NCBI RefSeq assembly: GCF_000006765.1
Contig: NC_002516.2
Source: Pseudomonas aeruginosa PAO1
GTDB taxonomy: Bacteria; Pseudomonadota; Gammaproteobacteria; Pseudomonadales; Pseudomonadaceae
Length of the DNA: 64,000 bases
Direction: 5' to 3' (one strand)
Positions 19,582 to 28,847 of this stretch are shown here, one piece after another. Under the pieces are notes generated by a model. It was not told the origin of the DNA, did no database searches, and saw nothing but the letters and a program-made list of their open reading frames with translations. Each line of letters opens with the position of its first letter. Positions within the stretch are counted from its first letter, which is position 1. The position numbers and the translations under genes are program-made.

Positions 19582-20388
19582 CTAGCGTGCGTCGGCGAGC
19601 CGCGGCGCGGGCGGGTTGATCAACAGCGCGAATATCTCGGAGTGGGACTTCACGTTCAGCTTCGCGTAGATGTGCCGGCGATGCACCTTGATAGTGGCGA
19701 TCGACAGCGTCAGCCGATCCGCTATTTCCTTGTTCGAGTATCCATCCAGCATCAGCCGGATGACATCCGACTCCCGCGCGGTCAGCGGCGATATCAACCC
19801 TCTCCAGGGCTGGACTTCCACCTCCGCCGCTGCGATCGGTTTCGCCTCCTCCCTGACCGCATCCTCGAAGTGGATGCGTTTTTTCATCAGCGCGATGACC
19901 CACGGGCGAAGCAGCTCGAACAGCGCGATCTGCTCGGCACCGAAGCGGCTCTCGCTGCCCAACGACAGGCATAGGGTTCTTTCACCATCCAGCGGGACGT
20001 TATATTGAACTTCGTCCGTCACCACATAATGCGCAAAGTACGTATTGTAATATTCGGTCGTTTCGAAATCTTCGGAGACGATATCCGCAAGATGAAAAAG
20101 CCCGCCGCGCCGACAGTTCCTGGATACCTGGTAGAAAGGATCTTGCAGATAAAGTCCGGTTATATATCGACTGATCAGCGGGTCCGGCTCGACTTCTTCT
20201 CTCTCCTCCTCCATGAAGGAAAGAATCAAGGGACTGGAATCGCTGAATATCAGGGCCGCCCAGTTGTCGACGGGGGCGAACTGGCCGAGGGTCTGCGCCA
20301 GGATCCGCCAGAAGAACGGCCGGTCCAGCGCTTCGAGCAACTTTCCCAGTGACTCGTGCCAGGCGCCGCCGTGCAATGCGATATCCAC
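19582..20388 (-). CDS. vqsR: LuxR-family regulator VqsR
   Basis: 268 aa; C-terminal LTARESDVIRLMLDGYSNKEIADRLTLSIATIKVHRRHIYAKL; visibly AT-rich; las box upstream. Confidence 0.9.
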   Translation of the reverse strand: MDIALHGGAWHESLGKLLEALDRPFFWRILAQTLGQFAPVDNWAALIFSDSSPLILSFMEEEREEVEPDPLISRYITGLYLQDPFYQVSRNCRRGGLFHLADIVSEDFETTEYYNTYFAHYVVTDEVQYNVPLDGERTLCLSLGSESRFGAEQIALFELLRPWVIALMKKRIHFEDAVREEAKPIAAAEVEVQPWRGLISPLTARESDVIRLMLDGYSNKEIADRLTLSIATIKVHRRHIYAKLNVKSHSEIFALLINPPAPRLADAR

Positions 20389-20482
20389 ACAACTACTCCT
20401 CTGGGATTAGTCACTCGGCGTTATGTCATGAAGAGTTCCAATGTGCATAATATCGATGCCTTCGAAGATAGCCACAGGTCAG

Positions 20483-20502
20483 AACTACCAGTTCTGGTAG
20501 GT
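20483..20502. promoter_or_regulatory. las box between vqsR and the polyamine-binding protein gene
   Basis: AACTACCAGTTCTGGTAGGT, near-perfect dyad close to lasB OP1 (ACCTGCCAGTTCTGGCAGGT). Confidence 0.88.
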
Positions 20503-20540
20503 GCAAAATCCAACTTGTTTCGTTTCGGAAAGGAAATCCA

Positions 20541-21644
20541 ATGAAAAAAGTTTGTGCACTGGCGTTATCGATCCTGACGACGATCGGTGCGACAGCGGCG
20601 GACAGTGCATGGGCTGCGCAAACCAGCGTCCATCTTTACAACTGGTATGACTTCATCGCCCCGGAAACGCCCAAGGCTTTCCAGAAGGAAACCGGCACCC
20701 GTGTCGTCCTCGACACCTTCGACAGCGCCGAGACCGCGCAGGGCAAGCTGATGGTCGGCCGCTCCGGCTACGACGTGGTGGTGATCACCTCCAACATCCT
20801 GCCCGGGCTGATCAAGGCGGGCGTCCTCCAGGAACTCGACCGCGACCGGCTCCCCCACTGGAAGAACCTCGACGCGGACATCCTCGGGAAGCTTCAGGCC
20901 AACGATCCCGGCAATCGCTATGCCGTACCTTATCTCTGGGGAACCACCGGGATCGCCTACGATGTGGACAAGGTCCGCAAGCTGCTCGGCCCCGACGCGC
21001 CGGTCGACTCCTGGGACCTGGTCTTCAAGGAGGAGAACATCTCCCGCCTCAGCCAGTGCGGCGTGGCCACGCTGGACTCCTCCACCGAGCTGGTGTCCAT
21101 CGCCCTCAACTACCTGGGCCTGCCGCACAACAGCCAGAATCCCGAGGACTACCAGAAAGCCCAGGAACTGTTGCTGAAGGTTCGCCCCTACATTCGCTAT
21201 TTCGACTCCTCCAGAGTCGACACCGATCTCTCCAACGGCAACGTCTGCGTGGTGGTCGGCTGGCAGGGCACGGCCTACATGGCCCAGGTCAACAACGAAC
21301 AGGCCGGGAACGGTCGCCATATCGCCTACAGCATTCCCCGGGAAGGCTCGCTGGTCTGGGCCGAGAACATGGTGCTGCTCAAGGATGCACCGCATCCGCA
21401 GCAGGGTTATGCGCTGATCGACTACCTGCTGCGTCCGGAGGTCATCGCCAGGACCTCCAACTACGTGGGCTATCCGAATGGCAACCAGGCGGCGCTGCCG
21501 CTGGTAGAGCGGAAACTGCGGGAAAACCCGGCGGTTTACCTGAGCAAGGAAACCATGGCGACCCTCTTCCCGCTGGAAACCCTGCCACTGAAGGTCGAGA
21601 GAATCCGTACCCGGGTCTGGAGCCGGGTCAAGACCGGGAGCTGA
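20541..21644 (+). CDS. Periplasmic putrescine/spermidine-binding protein, PotD/PotF family (PA2592-like)
   Basis: LYNWYDFIAPET, SGYDVVV, PYLWGTTGIAY, IPREGSLVWAENMV. Confidence 0.9.
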   Translation: MKKVCALALSILTTIGATAADSAWAAQTSVHLYNWYDFIAPETPKAFQKETGTRVVLDTFDSAETAQGKLMVGRSGYDVVVITSNILPGLIKAGVLQELDRDRLPHWKNLDADILGKLQANDPGNRYAVPYLWGTTGIAYDVDKVRKLLGPDAPVDSWDLVFKEENISRLSQCGVATLDSSTELVSIALNYLGLPHNSQNPEDYQKAQELLLKVRPYIRYFDSSRVDTDLSNGNVCVVVGWQGTAYMAQVNNEQAGNGRHIAYSIPREGSLVWAENMVLLKDAPHPQQGYALIDYLLRPEVIARTSNYVGYPNGNQAALPLVERKLRENPAVYLSKETMATLFPLETLPLKVERIRTRVWSRVKTGS

Positions 21645-21850
21645 CACCCGCCCGAGACGCCCCCTGGAAGCGCGGGAGCGCCCGGAGCCAGAAAAATCCA
21701 GCGAGGTCCGCCAGGACCGGCGTTCGCGTCTTTCACCGGGCGAGGCTCTGCCTCGTCCGTCAGGATGCGGCTTGCCGGCTGACCTGCGACCGATAGAGAT
21801 ACCTCTCCCCCAGGGCGGGAAAGCCCCGGGCATGCCTGATGGAGAAAACC

Positions 21851-22423
21851 ATGCTTATCCATTTCTGCCCCAGGCTGCTGACGCCTGCGGGGTTCGACCT
21901 GCCGTGCGAGTTGATCGACATCCGCATCAAGGAGTTCGACCTGCACCTGCTTGGCGGGCGCGACGTGGTGGCGCGTCACCCCCTCCCCGACAAGCGCTAC
22001 CACGTGGCCTGCCGCAAGTCCGGCTGCAAGGCGGTGAATGGCCTGCTGGTGGACGTGGAAAAGCACGTTCCGCTGTTCACCGTGGACACCCGCTGGAGCA
22101 TCGACGCCGAAGTGGTCCTGCGTCACCGCGTCGAGTACGTGGTGCTCGACGCCGAGCACGATGCGGTGAGCGACTACATGCTGCTGTGGTGCGACGAGGT
22201 GCCCAACTACTTCCTCGGCCAGAGCACCCCGGCCATGCAGGTTCCGTTGATGGAGCTGATGCGCGGCAATGCGTTGCAGACCGAGCGGCAGGATGTGTTC
22301 CGCCTGCCGACGCTGAGGTCCGAACGCCTGCGCCAGGGCAACGCCGATGCCAACCAGCATCTTCCGAGCCGTGAGCAGGCGTTCCACGTCAAGGCCGAGC
22401 AGATCAGCTATGGGCTGGCCTGA
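21851..22423 (+). CDS. qteE: Quorum threshold expression protein QteE
   Basis: 190-aa ORF MLIHFCPRLLTP... with GGAGA RBS, downstream of the PA2592-like gene; alternative start 21839; identity from recalled locus position. Confidence 0.75.
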   Translation: MLIHFCPRLLTPAGFDLPCELIDIRIKEFDLHLLGGRDVVARHPLPDKRYHVACRKSGCKAVNGLLVDVEKHVPLFTVDTRWSIDAEVVLRHRVEYVVLDAEHDAVSDYMLLWCDEVPNYFLGQSTPAMQVPLMELMRGNALQTERQDVFRLPTLRSERLRQGNADANQHLPSREQAFHVKAEQISYGLA

Positions 22424-22489
22424 AGGACGCGCGCCAGCGGCAAGCTACGCTGGCCGCCGGTGCCGCGCATCACAGAGCAGCCGCGCCGC

Positions 22490-23449
22490 TCAGTGCCGCG
22501 GCTGCCATACCTCCACGGCGCGCGCATCCACCGGTTTGGGTAGCAGTCCCTGGGCGTGGAAGGCGTCGGCGATGCGCTGTTGCTCGTCGAGACCATCTGC
22601 GCTCACCGGTTGTACGTCGTAGCTGCGCCGCGCATTCGCCTGCTCGACGGTAGCGGCATCGAGATTGCCCCACAGCGGCCCCAGCACCTTGGCCGCGTCG
22701 GCCGGGTGGCTCTTGAGCCAGCGCCCGGTGCGCTGCAGTTCGGCGAAGACCTGCTGGAGCACTTCAGGATGTTTCCTGGCGTAGTCGCTGGAGGCGAGGT
22801 AGTAGCGCTGGTAGCTGGCCAGGCCCTGGCCGTCGGCCAGTACCCGCGCGCGTTGCTGGCGCTGGGCGCTTGCCACGTAGGGGTCCCAGGTCACCCAGGC
22901 GTCGACCTTGCCGTTCTCGAAGGCGGCGCGGCCGTCGGCTGGCGTCAGGTAGGCTGGCTGGATGTCGGAGAACTCAAGCCCGGCGCTGGCCAGCGCGGCG
23001 ATCAGCAGGTAGTGGCTGCCGGCGGCCTTGGTCACGGCGATGCGCCTGCCCTTCAGCTCGGCCAGGGACTTCAGCGGCGAATGTTCGCCGACCAGTATCG
23101 CCTGCGCCGCGGGCGAAGGTGTTTCGCGGGCGAAGTAGGTCAGGCGAGCACCCGCCGCCTGGGCGAACACCGGCACGGTGTCGGCGACGTCGGCGGAGAG
23201 ATCGACGTTGCCGACATTGAGTGATTCGAGCAACGGCAGGCCGCTGGGGAACTCATGCCAGGACACCCGGATGCCCTGCCTAGCCAACTCGCGCTCGAAG
23301 GTGCCCTGGCTGCGGATCAGGGTCAGCAGAGTCGAGGATTTCTGGAAGCCGATGCGCAGGACCTCCTCGGCCTGTGCGCCACCAATGCCCGACAGGACGA
23401 CGGAAGCGGCAAACACGATGGCCAAGCGACGCAGGAACGGACGAGACAT
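22490..23449 (-). CDS. SsuA-like aliphatic sulfonate-binding protein (PA2594-like)
   Basis: LRIGFQKSS, WHEFPSGLPLLESLNVGNVD, VDAWVTWDPY; AGGAG RBS. Confidence 0.9.
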   Translation of the reverse strand: MSRPFLRRLAIVFAASVVLSGIGGAQAEEVLRIGFQKSSTLLTLIRSQGTFERELARQGIRVSWHEFPSGLPLLESLNVGNVDLSADVADTVPVFAQAAGARLTYFARETPSPAAQAILVGEHSPLKSLAELKGRRIAVTKAAGSHYLLIAALASAGLEFSDIQPAYLTPADGRAAFENGKVDAWVTWDPYVASAQRQQRARVLADGQGLASYQRYYLASSDYARKHPEVLQQVFAELQRTGRWLKSHPADAAKVLGPLWGNLDAATVEQANARRSYDVQPVSADGLDEQQRIADAFHAQGLLPKPVDARAVEVWQPRH

Positions 23450-23548
23450 GCGATGACTCCTGGGATAGGTGCGAGCGCCCGCAGGGACGGGAGTTCCAGC
23501 TGCCGGCGACGGAACGGATAGATTATTTGAATAAAAAACAATCGATAA

Positions 23549-23563
23549 ATAACTTATAGTTAT
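23549..23563. promoter_or_regulatory. AT-rich dyad ATAACT-TAT-AGTTAT (T-N11-A, LysR/CysB-type candidate)
   Basis: Perfect 6-bp inverted repeat in the AT-rich region upstream of the PA2594-like gene. Confidence 0.45.
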
Positions 23564-23584
23564 CAATTAATGCCCGGGCAGCGC

Positions 23585-24541
23585 CTACCGGATATCCGCA
23601 TCCGACGCCTGCCTGACCGCAAAGCCGCTGGCGAAGGTCGGCCGCACATCGAGGCGCTGCGGAATCAATCCATGGGCCTGGTAGAAATCGGCGGTCTCCT
23701 GCTGCTGGCCGAGCGTTCGCTCATCCAGCGCCTGCCAACGCAAGCGCCGGCGTTCGAACTGCAAGCGCGCGGCGTCCTCGGGGAAGCCGATGATCTGCGC
23801 CAGGCTTCGCGAATACTCGTCCAGGTGCAGGTACGCCCAGCGCTGGGCGCTGGCCAGGCGTTGCAGGTAGTCCTGCAGCACGGCGCGTTTCGCCGGGTCG
23901 GCCAGTGCGCTATCGGTAGCAGCGAGGAAGCTGTTGCCAGCCCACAGGCCGCGACCGTCGACCAGTACCCGAGCCTTGTCGGCGGTCTCCGCGAACGCGG
24001 TGTAGGGCTCCCAGGTCGCCCAGGCATCCACGGAACCATTGGCGAGGGCCATTTTCGCGTCCACCGGGCCGAGGAAGCGGAATTCGACGTCCTTCTCGCC
24101 CAGCCCGACCGAGGCCAAGGCCTTGAGCGCGACGAAGTGGCCGATGGAACCGCGCCCGGTGGCAATGCGCTGACCTTTCAGGTCGTTGGCCGAGCGCAGC
24201 GGCGAATCCCCTCTCACCAGCACGGCGGTACCGTAGGGATCGGATTTGTCGACGGCGATGGCCTTCAGCCGGGCACCGGCGGCCAGGGCGAAGAGCAATG
24301 GCGCGTCGCCGATGATGCCGGCATCCACCGCACCGGCATTGAGTGCTTCGGCGAGGGGGGCGGCGGCGGGGAATTCGAACCAGCGGATGTCGTAGGTCAG
24401 GTCGTCCAGCGCGCCGGCAGCCTCCAACTGGGCGCGCATGTTGCCCTTCTGGTCGGCCAGGCGCAGGGTCACGCGCTCGTCGGCACAGGCCTGGCCGACG
24501 AGCAGGCAGAGAAGCAGGAACAGGCTCAGGGTCTGACGCAT
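23585..24541 (-). CDS. SsuA-like ABC substrate-binding protein (PA2595-like)
   Basis: Signal MRQTLSLFLLL; WFEFPAAAPLAEALNAGAVD, DAWATWEPY; GAGGAG RBS. Confidence 0.88.
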   Translation of the reverse strand: MRQTLSLFLLLCLLVGQACADERVTLRLADQKGNMRAQLEAAGALDDLTYDIRWFEFPAAAPLAEALNAGAVDAGIIGDAPLLFALAAGARLKAIAVDKSDPYGTAVLVRGDSPLRSANDLKGQRIATGRGSIGHFVALKALASVGLGEKDVEFRFLGPVDAKMALANGSVDAWATWEPYTAFAETADKARVLVDGRGLWAGNSFLAATDSALADPAKRAVLQDYLQRLASAQRWAYLHLDEYSRSLAQIIGFPEDAARLQFERRRLRWQALDERTLGQQQETADFYQAHGLIPQRLDVRPTFASGFAVRQASDADIR

Positions 24542-24552
24542 TCCGTAACTCC

Positions 24553-25539
24553 TCAACGCTGGCCGACGCGGAGGTCGGCGGGCAACTGGCGGGCCACTTC
24601 GGCGGCACCGGCGGACAGGCTGAAGTCGAACGCCGGGGCGACCTCCAGCGACTTCGGCAGCACGCCTTCGGCATGGAAGAAATCGGCGGCGGTCTGCAAG
24701 GTGGCGGCAACCTCCGGACCGAAGACCACAGGACTGATGCGCGCCTCGCCAACCCAGCGCCGAGTGACTTCGCGCGGCATGTTCAGATCCTTGGCCAGGG
24801 CCTCGGCGAACGCCTCCGGGTGCCTCAGGGCCCAGGCCTGGGCACGCGCCAGGCGGGTCAGCAGGTCGCTGATCGCGGCCTTCTTGCGGGCGATCGCAGC
24901 GTCGCTGGCCAGGGCATAGGAGTAGCCGGTCATGATCCCGGCACCGTTGTCGATGACCCGCGCCTGATCGAGCAGCACGGCGCTGGAGGTATAGGGCTCC
25001 CAGGGCACCCAGGCGTCTACCGAGCCACGCACCAGGGCGGCGCGGCCGTCCACCGGACCAAGGAAGGAAAAGCTTACGTCCTGCGGTCCGAGGCCGGCGC
25101 GACGCAACGCGCCAAGGGCGAGGAAATGCCCCCAGCCGCCGCGATTGACGGCAATGCGCTTGCCCTTGAGGCCGGCCACCGAACGGATCGGCGAGTCCTT
25201 GCCGACCACCAGCGCCACGGTCGCCGGGTTGAAGTGCCAGGCGCCCACCGCCTTGAGCGGCGCGCCGGCAGCGTAGACGAAGAGGAACGGGATGTCGCCG
25301 GTAAAGCCTATGTCCAGGGCCCCGGCGTTGAGCGCCTCGAGCACCGGTGCACCGGAGGGGAACGCCGACATTTCCAGCTTGTACGGCAGGTCGTCGAGCT
25401 CGCCGGACGCGCGCAGGGCGGCGTAGCGGTCGCCCTTCACATCGCCCAGGCGCAGGCTGATGAGGTCGGCGGCGCTGGCGGCTCCAGCCAGCAGGGTCGC
25501 GGCCAGCAGGCCGGCAAGCACACACAGGGGTCGTTTCAT
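24553..25539 (-). CDS. SsuA-like ABC substrate-binding protein (PA2596-like)
   Basis: Signal MKRPLCVLAG; FPSGAPVLEALNAGALD, DAWVPWEPY. Confidence 0.88.
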   Translation of the reverse strand: MKRPLCVLAGLLAATLLAGAASAADLISLRLGDVKGDRYAALRASGELDDLPYKLEMSAFPSGAPVLEALNAGALDIGFTGDIPFLFVYAAGAPLKAVGAWHFNPATVALVVGKDSPIRSVAGLKGKRIAVNRGGWGHFLALGALRRAGLGPQDVSFSFLGPVDGRAALVRGSVDAWVPWEPYTSSAVLLDQARVIDNGAGIMTGYSYALASDAAIARKKAAISDLLTRLARAQAWALRHPEAFAEALAKDLNMPREVTRRWVGEARISPVVFGPEVAATLQTAADFFHAEGVLPKSLEVAPAFDFSLSAGAAEVARQLPADLRVGQR

Positions 25540-25645
25540 GGGCAATCTCCAGGCAGCTCCGCACGGAGCCGGGGCTATCTGGGCTATCCGTTCCGCCGGT
25601 GCGGTCGCCGACAAGGCCAGGGTCGAGAATCGTGGGAGGTACGTT

Positions 25646-26797
25646 TCAAAGACTCAGCGCCGCCCTCCCCGCCGCGCTCCAGACGCTATCTTTCTGTGGC
25701 GTGTGGACACGTCCGCAAAGCACGTCGCGGTAGTGCCGCTGTAGCGGATTGTGCCGGCTGAGGCCGTGGTTGCCGCTCAGTTCCAGGGCCTTCTCGACCA
25801 CCGCCAACGCGTTGTCGATGACCGCGACCTTGAGCAGCCCGGAGTCGCTGGCGGGCAACTGTCCGCAGCACGCGGCATCGAGCAGCAGGCGGTTCTGCAG
25901 GAGCAGGCCGTCGATCTCGCCGAGCGCCTCCTGCATCCTCGGCAGGCTCGCCAACGGCGCGCCGAGACTGGCCGGCACGCGCTCGCGCAGCCAGCCGGCG
26001 AGCCACTCGCGGGCGCTCCCGGCGATACCGTCGTAGAGAGCGCCAAGCAACACCGCGCTAGCCTGGGCGAAGTCGCGCAGCACGGCCTGGTCCGGCGCCG
26101 GAGGCTGGTCGTGGGGATGCAGGCCGATGGCGTTTTCCAGAGGCACCGCCACCTCTTCGAAGAGCACCTCGTGGCTGCCGCTGGCGCGCATGCCCAGATG
26201 GTCCCAGCTCTCCACGATACGGATGCCTGGGCTGTCGCGGCGCACCAGCCAGGTACCCACGCGGGGGATCGGCTCGTCGCTGCGCGCCCATACCGCCAGC
26301 CAGGTCAGGCCGGGAATGCCGGTGGTGTAGAGCTTGTGCCCGGACAGCTGCCAGCCGTCGCCGACACGCCGCGCCAGCGTACCCGGCAGACCGCCGCGTG
26401 ACGGCGAACCCAGCTCGGGCTCCACGCGCAGGCTATTGATCAACGCCCCCTGCTCCAGCACCTCGCGCGCCACGCGCCGCTTGAGCGCGCCGGGCCAATC
26501 GGGGTTATCGGCCAGGCGCCGCAAATGCAGGTACTGCATGCACAGCACCAGGGCCGTGGAGGGTTCGCCGCGAGCCACCGCGCCGATTACCCGGCGCAGC
26601 TCGCCGAGGCTGGCGCCGGGACCGCCGAGCGCAGGCGGCAAGGCCAGGGCGAGCAGCCCGTGGTGTCGCAGCAGGGCCAGGTTGGCATGGGGAAAATCTC
26701 CGCTGCGGTCATGGGCATCGGCGCTTTCCGCCAGTTGCCGGGTCAGTTCTGGCAGCCGTTCATCGAACGCCGCCGAGGGAGTCTGCAGGACGGCCAT
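25646..26797 (-). CDS. Acyl-CoA dehydrogenase-superfamily enzyme (DszC/SfnB/YdbM-like; PA2597-like)
   Basis: SGDFPHAN, LSGHKLYTTG, WDHLGMRASGSHEV, PLQRHYRDV. Confidence 0.85.
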   Translation of the reverse strand: MAVLQTPSAAFDERLPELTRQLAESADAHDRSGDFPHANLALLRHHGLLALALPPALGGPGASLGELRRVIGAVARGEPSTALVLCMQYLHLRRLADNPDWPGALKRRVAREVLEQGALINSLRVEPELGSPSRGGLPGTLARRVGDGWQLSGHKLYTTGIPGLTWLAVWARSDEPIPRVGTWLVRRDSPGIRIVESWDHLGMRASGSHEVLFEEVAVPLENAIGLHPHDQPPAPDQAVLRDFAQASAVLLGALYDGIAGSAREWLAGWLRERVPASLGAPLASLPRMQEALGEIDGLLLQNRLLLDAACCGQLPASDSGLLKVAVIDNALAVVEKALELSGNHGLSRHNPLQRHYRDVLCGRVHTPQKDSVWSAAGRAALSL

Positions 26798-26801
26798 GGG
26801 A

Positions 26802-27884
26802 TCAGGCCGTGGCGCGCCGGCGCTCGCGCTCGGCGACTTTGGCGCGGGTCAGCGGGATCAGCTCGCGGCCATATTCCACGGCATCGGCGAGGGGATCGAA
26901 ACCGCGAATGAGGATATTGCGCACGCCCAGGTCGTAGTAGGCGAGCAGGGCGTCGGCCACCTGTTCCGCGGTACCGACCAGGGCGGTGGAGTTGTGCCCG
27001 CCACCGACCAGCCTGGCGATTCCGGTCCAAAGGCGCTCGTCGAGGCGCTCGCCCTGCTCCACCGCCTTGAGCAGACGCTGGGCGCCGACGCTCTGCGGCT
27101 TGCCCTTGGGGAAGCCGGCCTCGCCCAGGCGCGCGCCGGCGCTTGCGCGTATCGCCTCGGCCTTGGCCCAGGCCTCGTCCTCCGTGCGCCCGAGGATGGG
27201 CCGGAACGACAGGCTGAATTCCACTTCGCGACCATTCGAGCGCGCCTGTTCGCGCACAGCGGAGATGGTTTCGGCGGCCTGTGCCAGGGGTTCGCCCCAG
27301 AGCATGAACACATCGGCCTGCTTGCCGGCGACCTTCAGCGCGGCTTCCGAGGAGCCGCCGAAATACACCGGAATGTGCGGTTTCTGCTGCGGACGGATGG
27401 CCGAGAAGGCGTGCTCCACGCGGTAGTGCGCGCCGTGGAAATCGAAGGGTTCGGTGCTGGTCCAGGTGCGCTTGAGCAGTTCGATGAATTCGTCGCTGCG
27501 GGCATAGCGCTGGTCGTGGTCGAGATAATCGCCGTCCTTGCGCTGGTCGGCGTCGCTGCCGCCGCTGATGATATGCACCGCCAGGCGCCCGTCGAGGAGG
27601 TGTTCGAGGGTCGCCAGCTTGCGCGCGGCCAGGGTCGGGGCGACGAAACCGGGGCGGTGCGCCAGCAGCAGACCGATCCGGGAAGTGGCCAGGCCAGCGG
27701 CGGCGGCCACCAGGAATCCATCCGGCTGGTCCGACCAGTAGCCGACCAGGATTCGATCGAAGCCGGCCTCTTCGTGGGCGCGTGCGAAAGCGGCGATGTA
27801 AGGCTTGTCGAGGATAGGTCCGACCGGCGCGTGGGTCTCCGAGGCCAGGCGATGGCCGATCATGCCGAGAAACTGGATGCTCAT
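26802..27884 (-). CDS. Luciferase-like FMNH2-dependent monooxygenase (SsuD/MsuD-like; PA2598-like)
   Basis: AHEEAGFDRILVGY, LLAHRPGFVAPTLAARKLATL, IPVYFGGSSEAA. Confidence 0.9.
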   Translation of the reverse strand: MSIQFLGMIGHRLASETHAPVGPILDKPYIAAFARAHEEAGFDRILVGYWSDQPDGFLVAAAAGLATSRIGLLLAHRPGFVAPTLAARKLATLEHLLDGRLAVHIISGGSDADQRKDGDYLDHDQRYARSDEFIELLKRTWTSTEPFDFHGAHYRVEHAFSAIRPQQKPHIPVYFGGSSEAALKVAGKQADVFMLWGEPLAQAAETISAVREQARSNGREVEFSLSFRPILGRTEDEAWAKAEAIRASAGARLGEAGFPKGKPQSVGAQRLLKAVEQGERLDERLWTGIARLVGGGHNSTALVGTAEQVADALLAYYDLGVRNILIRGFDPLADAVEYGRELIPLTRAKVAERERRRATA

Positions 27885-27893
27885 GGTCCGTAC

Positions 27894-28838
27894 TCAGTGG
27901 AAGGCTTCGTTGAAGGACGTGTCGATCACCGTGGAAGTGTCGAACGGCTTGGGCAAGGCACCGGTCTGCAGCAGGAAATCCGCGGTCTCCTGGTAGTCGG
28001 TGGCGGCCTGGGCGTCTACCGGGCCGACGCTCATGCCGGCCTGGCCGATCCAATGGCGGGAGACTGCCCGGTCGAGATTGGCCTTCTGCGCCCAGAGGTC
28101 GGCGTACTGCTCCTTGTGTGCCTCGACCCAGGCCCGTGCCTTGCGCAGGCGGCCGAGGAAGTCGGCGATCTGCGCGCGCCTGGGCTCGATGGAAGCAGCG
28201 TTGGCGGCGATGCTGGACAGCCCCGGCATCAGGTCGCGGGCGGTGAGAATCGGCCGTGCGCCGGAAACCACGATCTGCTGCGAGATATACGGCTCCCACA
28301 CCGGAAAGGCATCGATGCTGCCGCGCGGCAAGGCGGCGGCGGCGTCGATCGGCATCAGCTTGACGAACTCCACGTAGTCCTTCGGCAGGCCGGCTTTCTC
28401 CAGCGCGCGCAAGGTCAGTTGCTGGCTCCAGGCACCGGGCCAGTAGGCGACTTTCCTGCCCTTGAGATCGGCAATGCTGCGCACCGGAGAATCCTTCGGC
28501 ACCAGCAGGGCTATGGTATCGGGGTTCTGCCGCGAGACGCCGACCAGCTTCACCGGCGCGCCCTTGGCGGCGAGGAAGATGAAGCCCGAGTCGCCGAGGA
28601 AACCCAGGTCCAGCGCTCCGGCCTGCAACCCTTCGGCCACCGGCGCGGCGGACTGGAAATGCTTCCATTCGACCTGGTAAGGCGCGCCTTCGAGAACTCC
28701 CGAGGCCTCCATTGAAGCCCGCACGTTGTAGTAGTTCTGGTCGCCCACACGCAACGTCGGCAGGTCTGCGGCCTGGGCCAGGGAGGCACCGAGCAGAAGC
28801 GTGGCGAAGCTGGTTAACAGGTATTGCTTGAGTTTCAT
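27894..28838 (-). CDS. SsuA-like ABC substrate-binding protein (PA2599-like)
   Basis: Signal peptide; WKHFQSAAPVAEGLQAGALD, DAFPVWEPY. Confidence 0.88.
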   Translation of the reverse strand: MKLKQYLLTSFATLLLGASLAQAADLPTLRVGDQNYYNVRASMEASGVLEGAPYQVEWKHFQSAAPVAEGLQAGALDLGFLGDSGFIFLAAKGAPVKLVGVSRQNPDTIALLVPKDSPVRSIADLKGRKVAYWPGAWSQQLTLRALEKAGLPKDYVEFVKLMPIDAAAALPRGSIDAFPVWEPYISQQIVVSGARPILTARDLMPGLSSIAANAASIEPRRAQIADFLGRLRKARAWVEAHKEQYADLWAQKANLDRAVSRHWIGQAGMSVGPVDAQAATDYQETADFLLQTGALPKPFDTSTVIDTSFNEAFH

Positions 28839-28847
28839 CGGAGCTCC

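Noticed and set aside
23585-25564. 659-aa ORF that looks like a fusion of two binding-protein genes
   Set aside because: The N-half is Arg/Pro-rich off-frame translation over the PA2596-like gene; the real gene starts at 24541 with its own RBS and signal peptide; no slippery site seen
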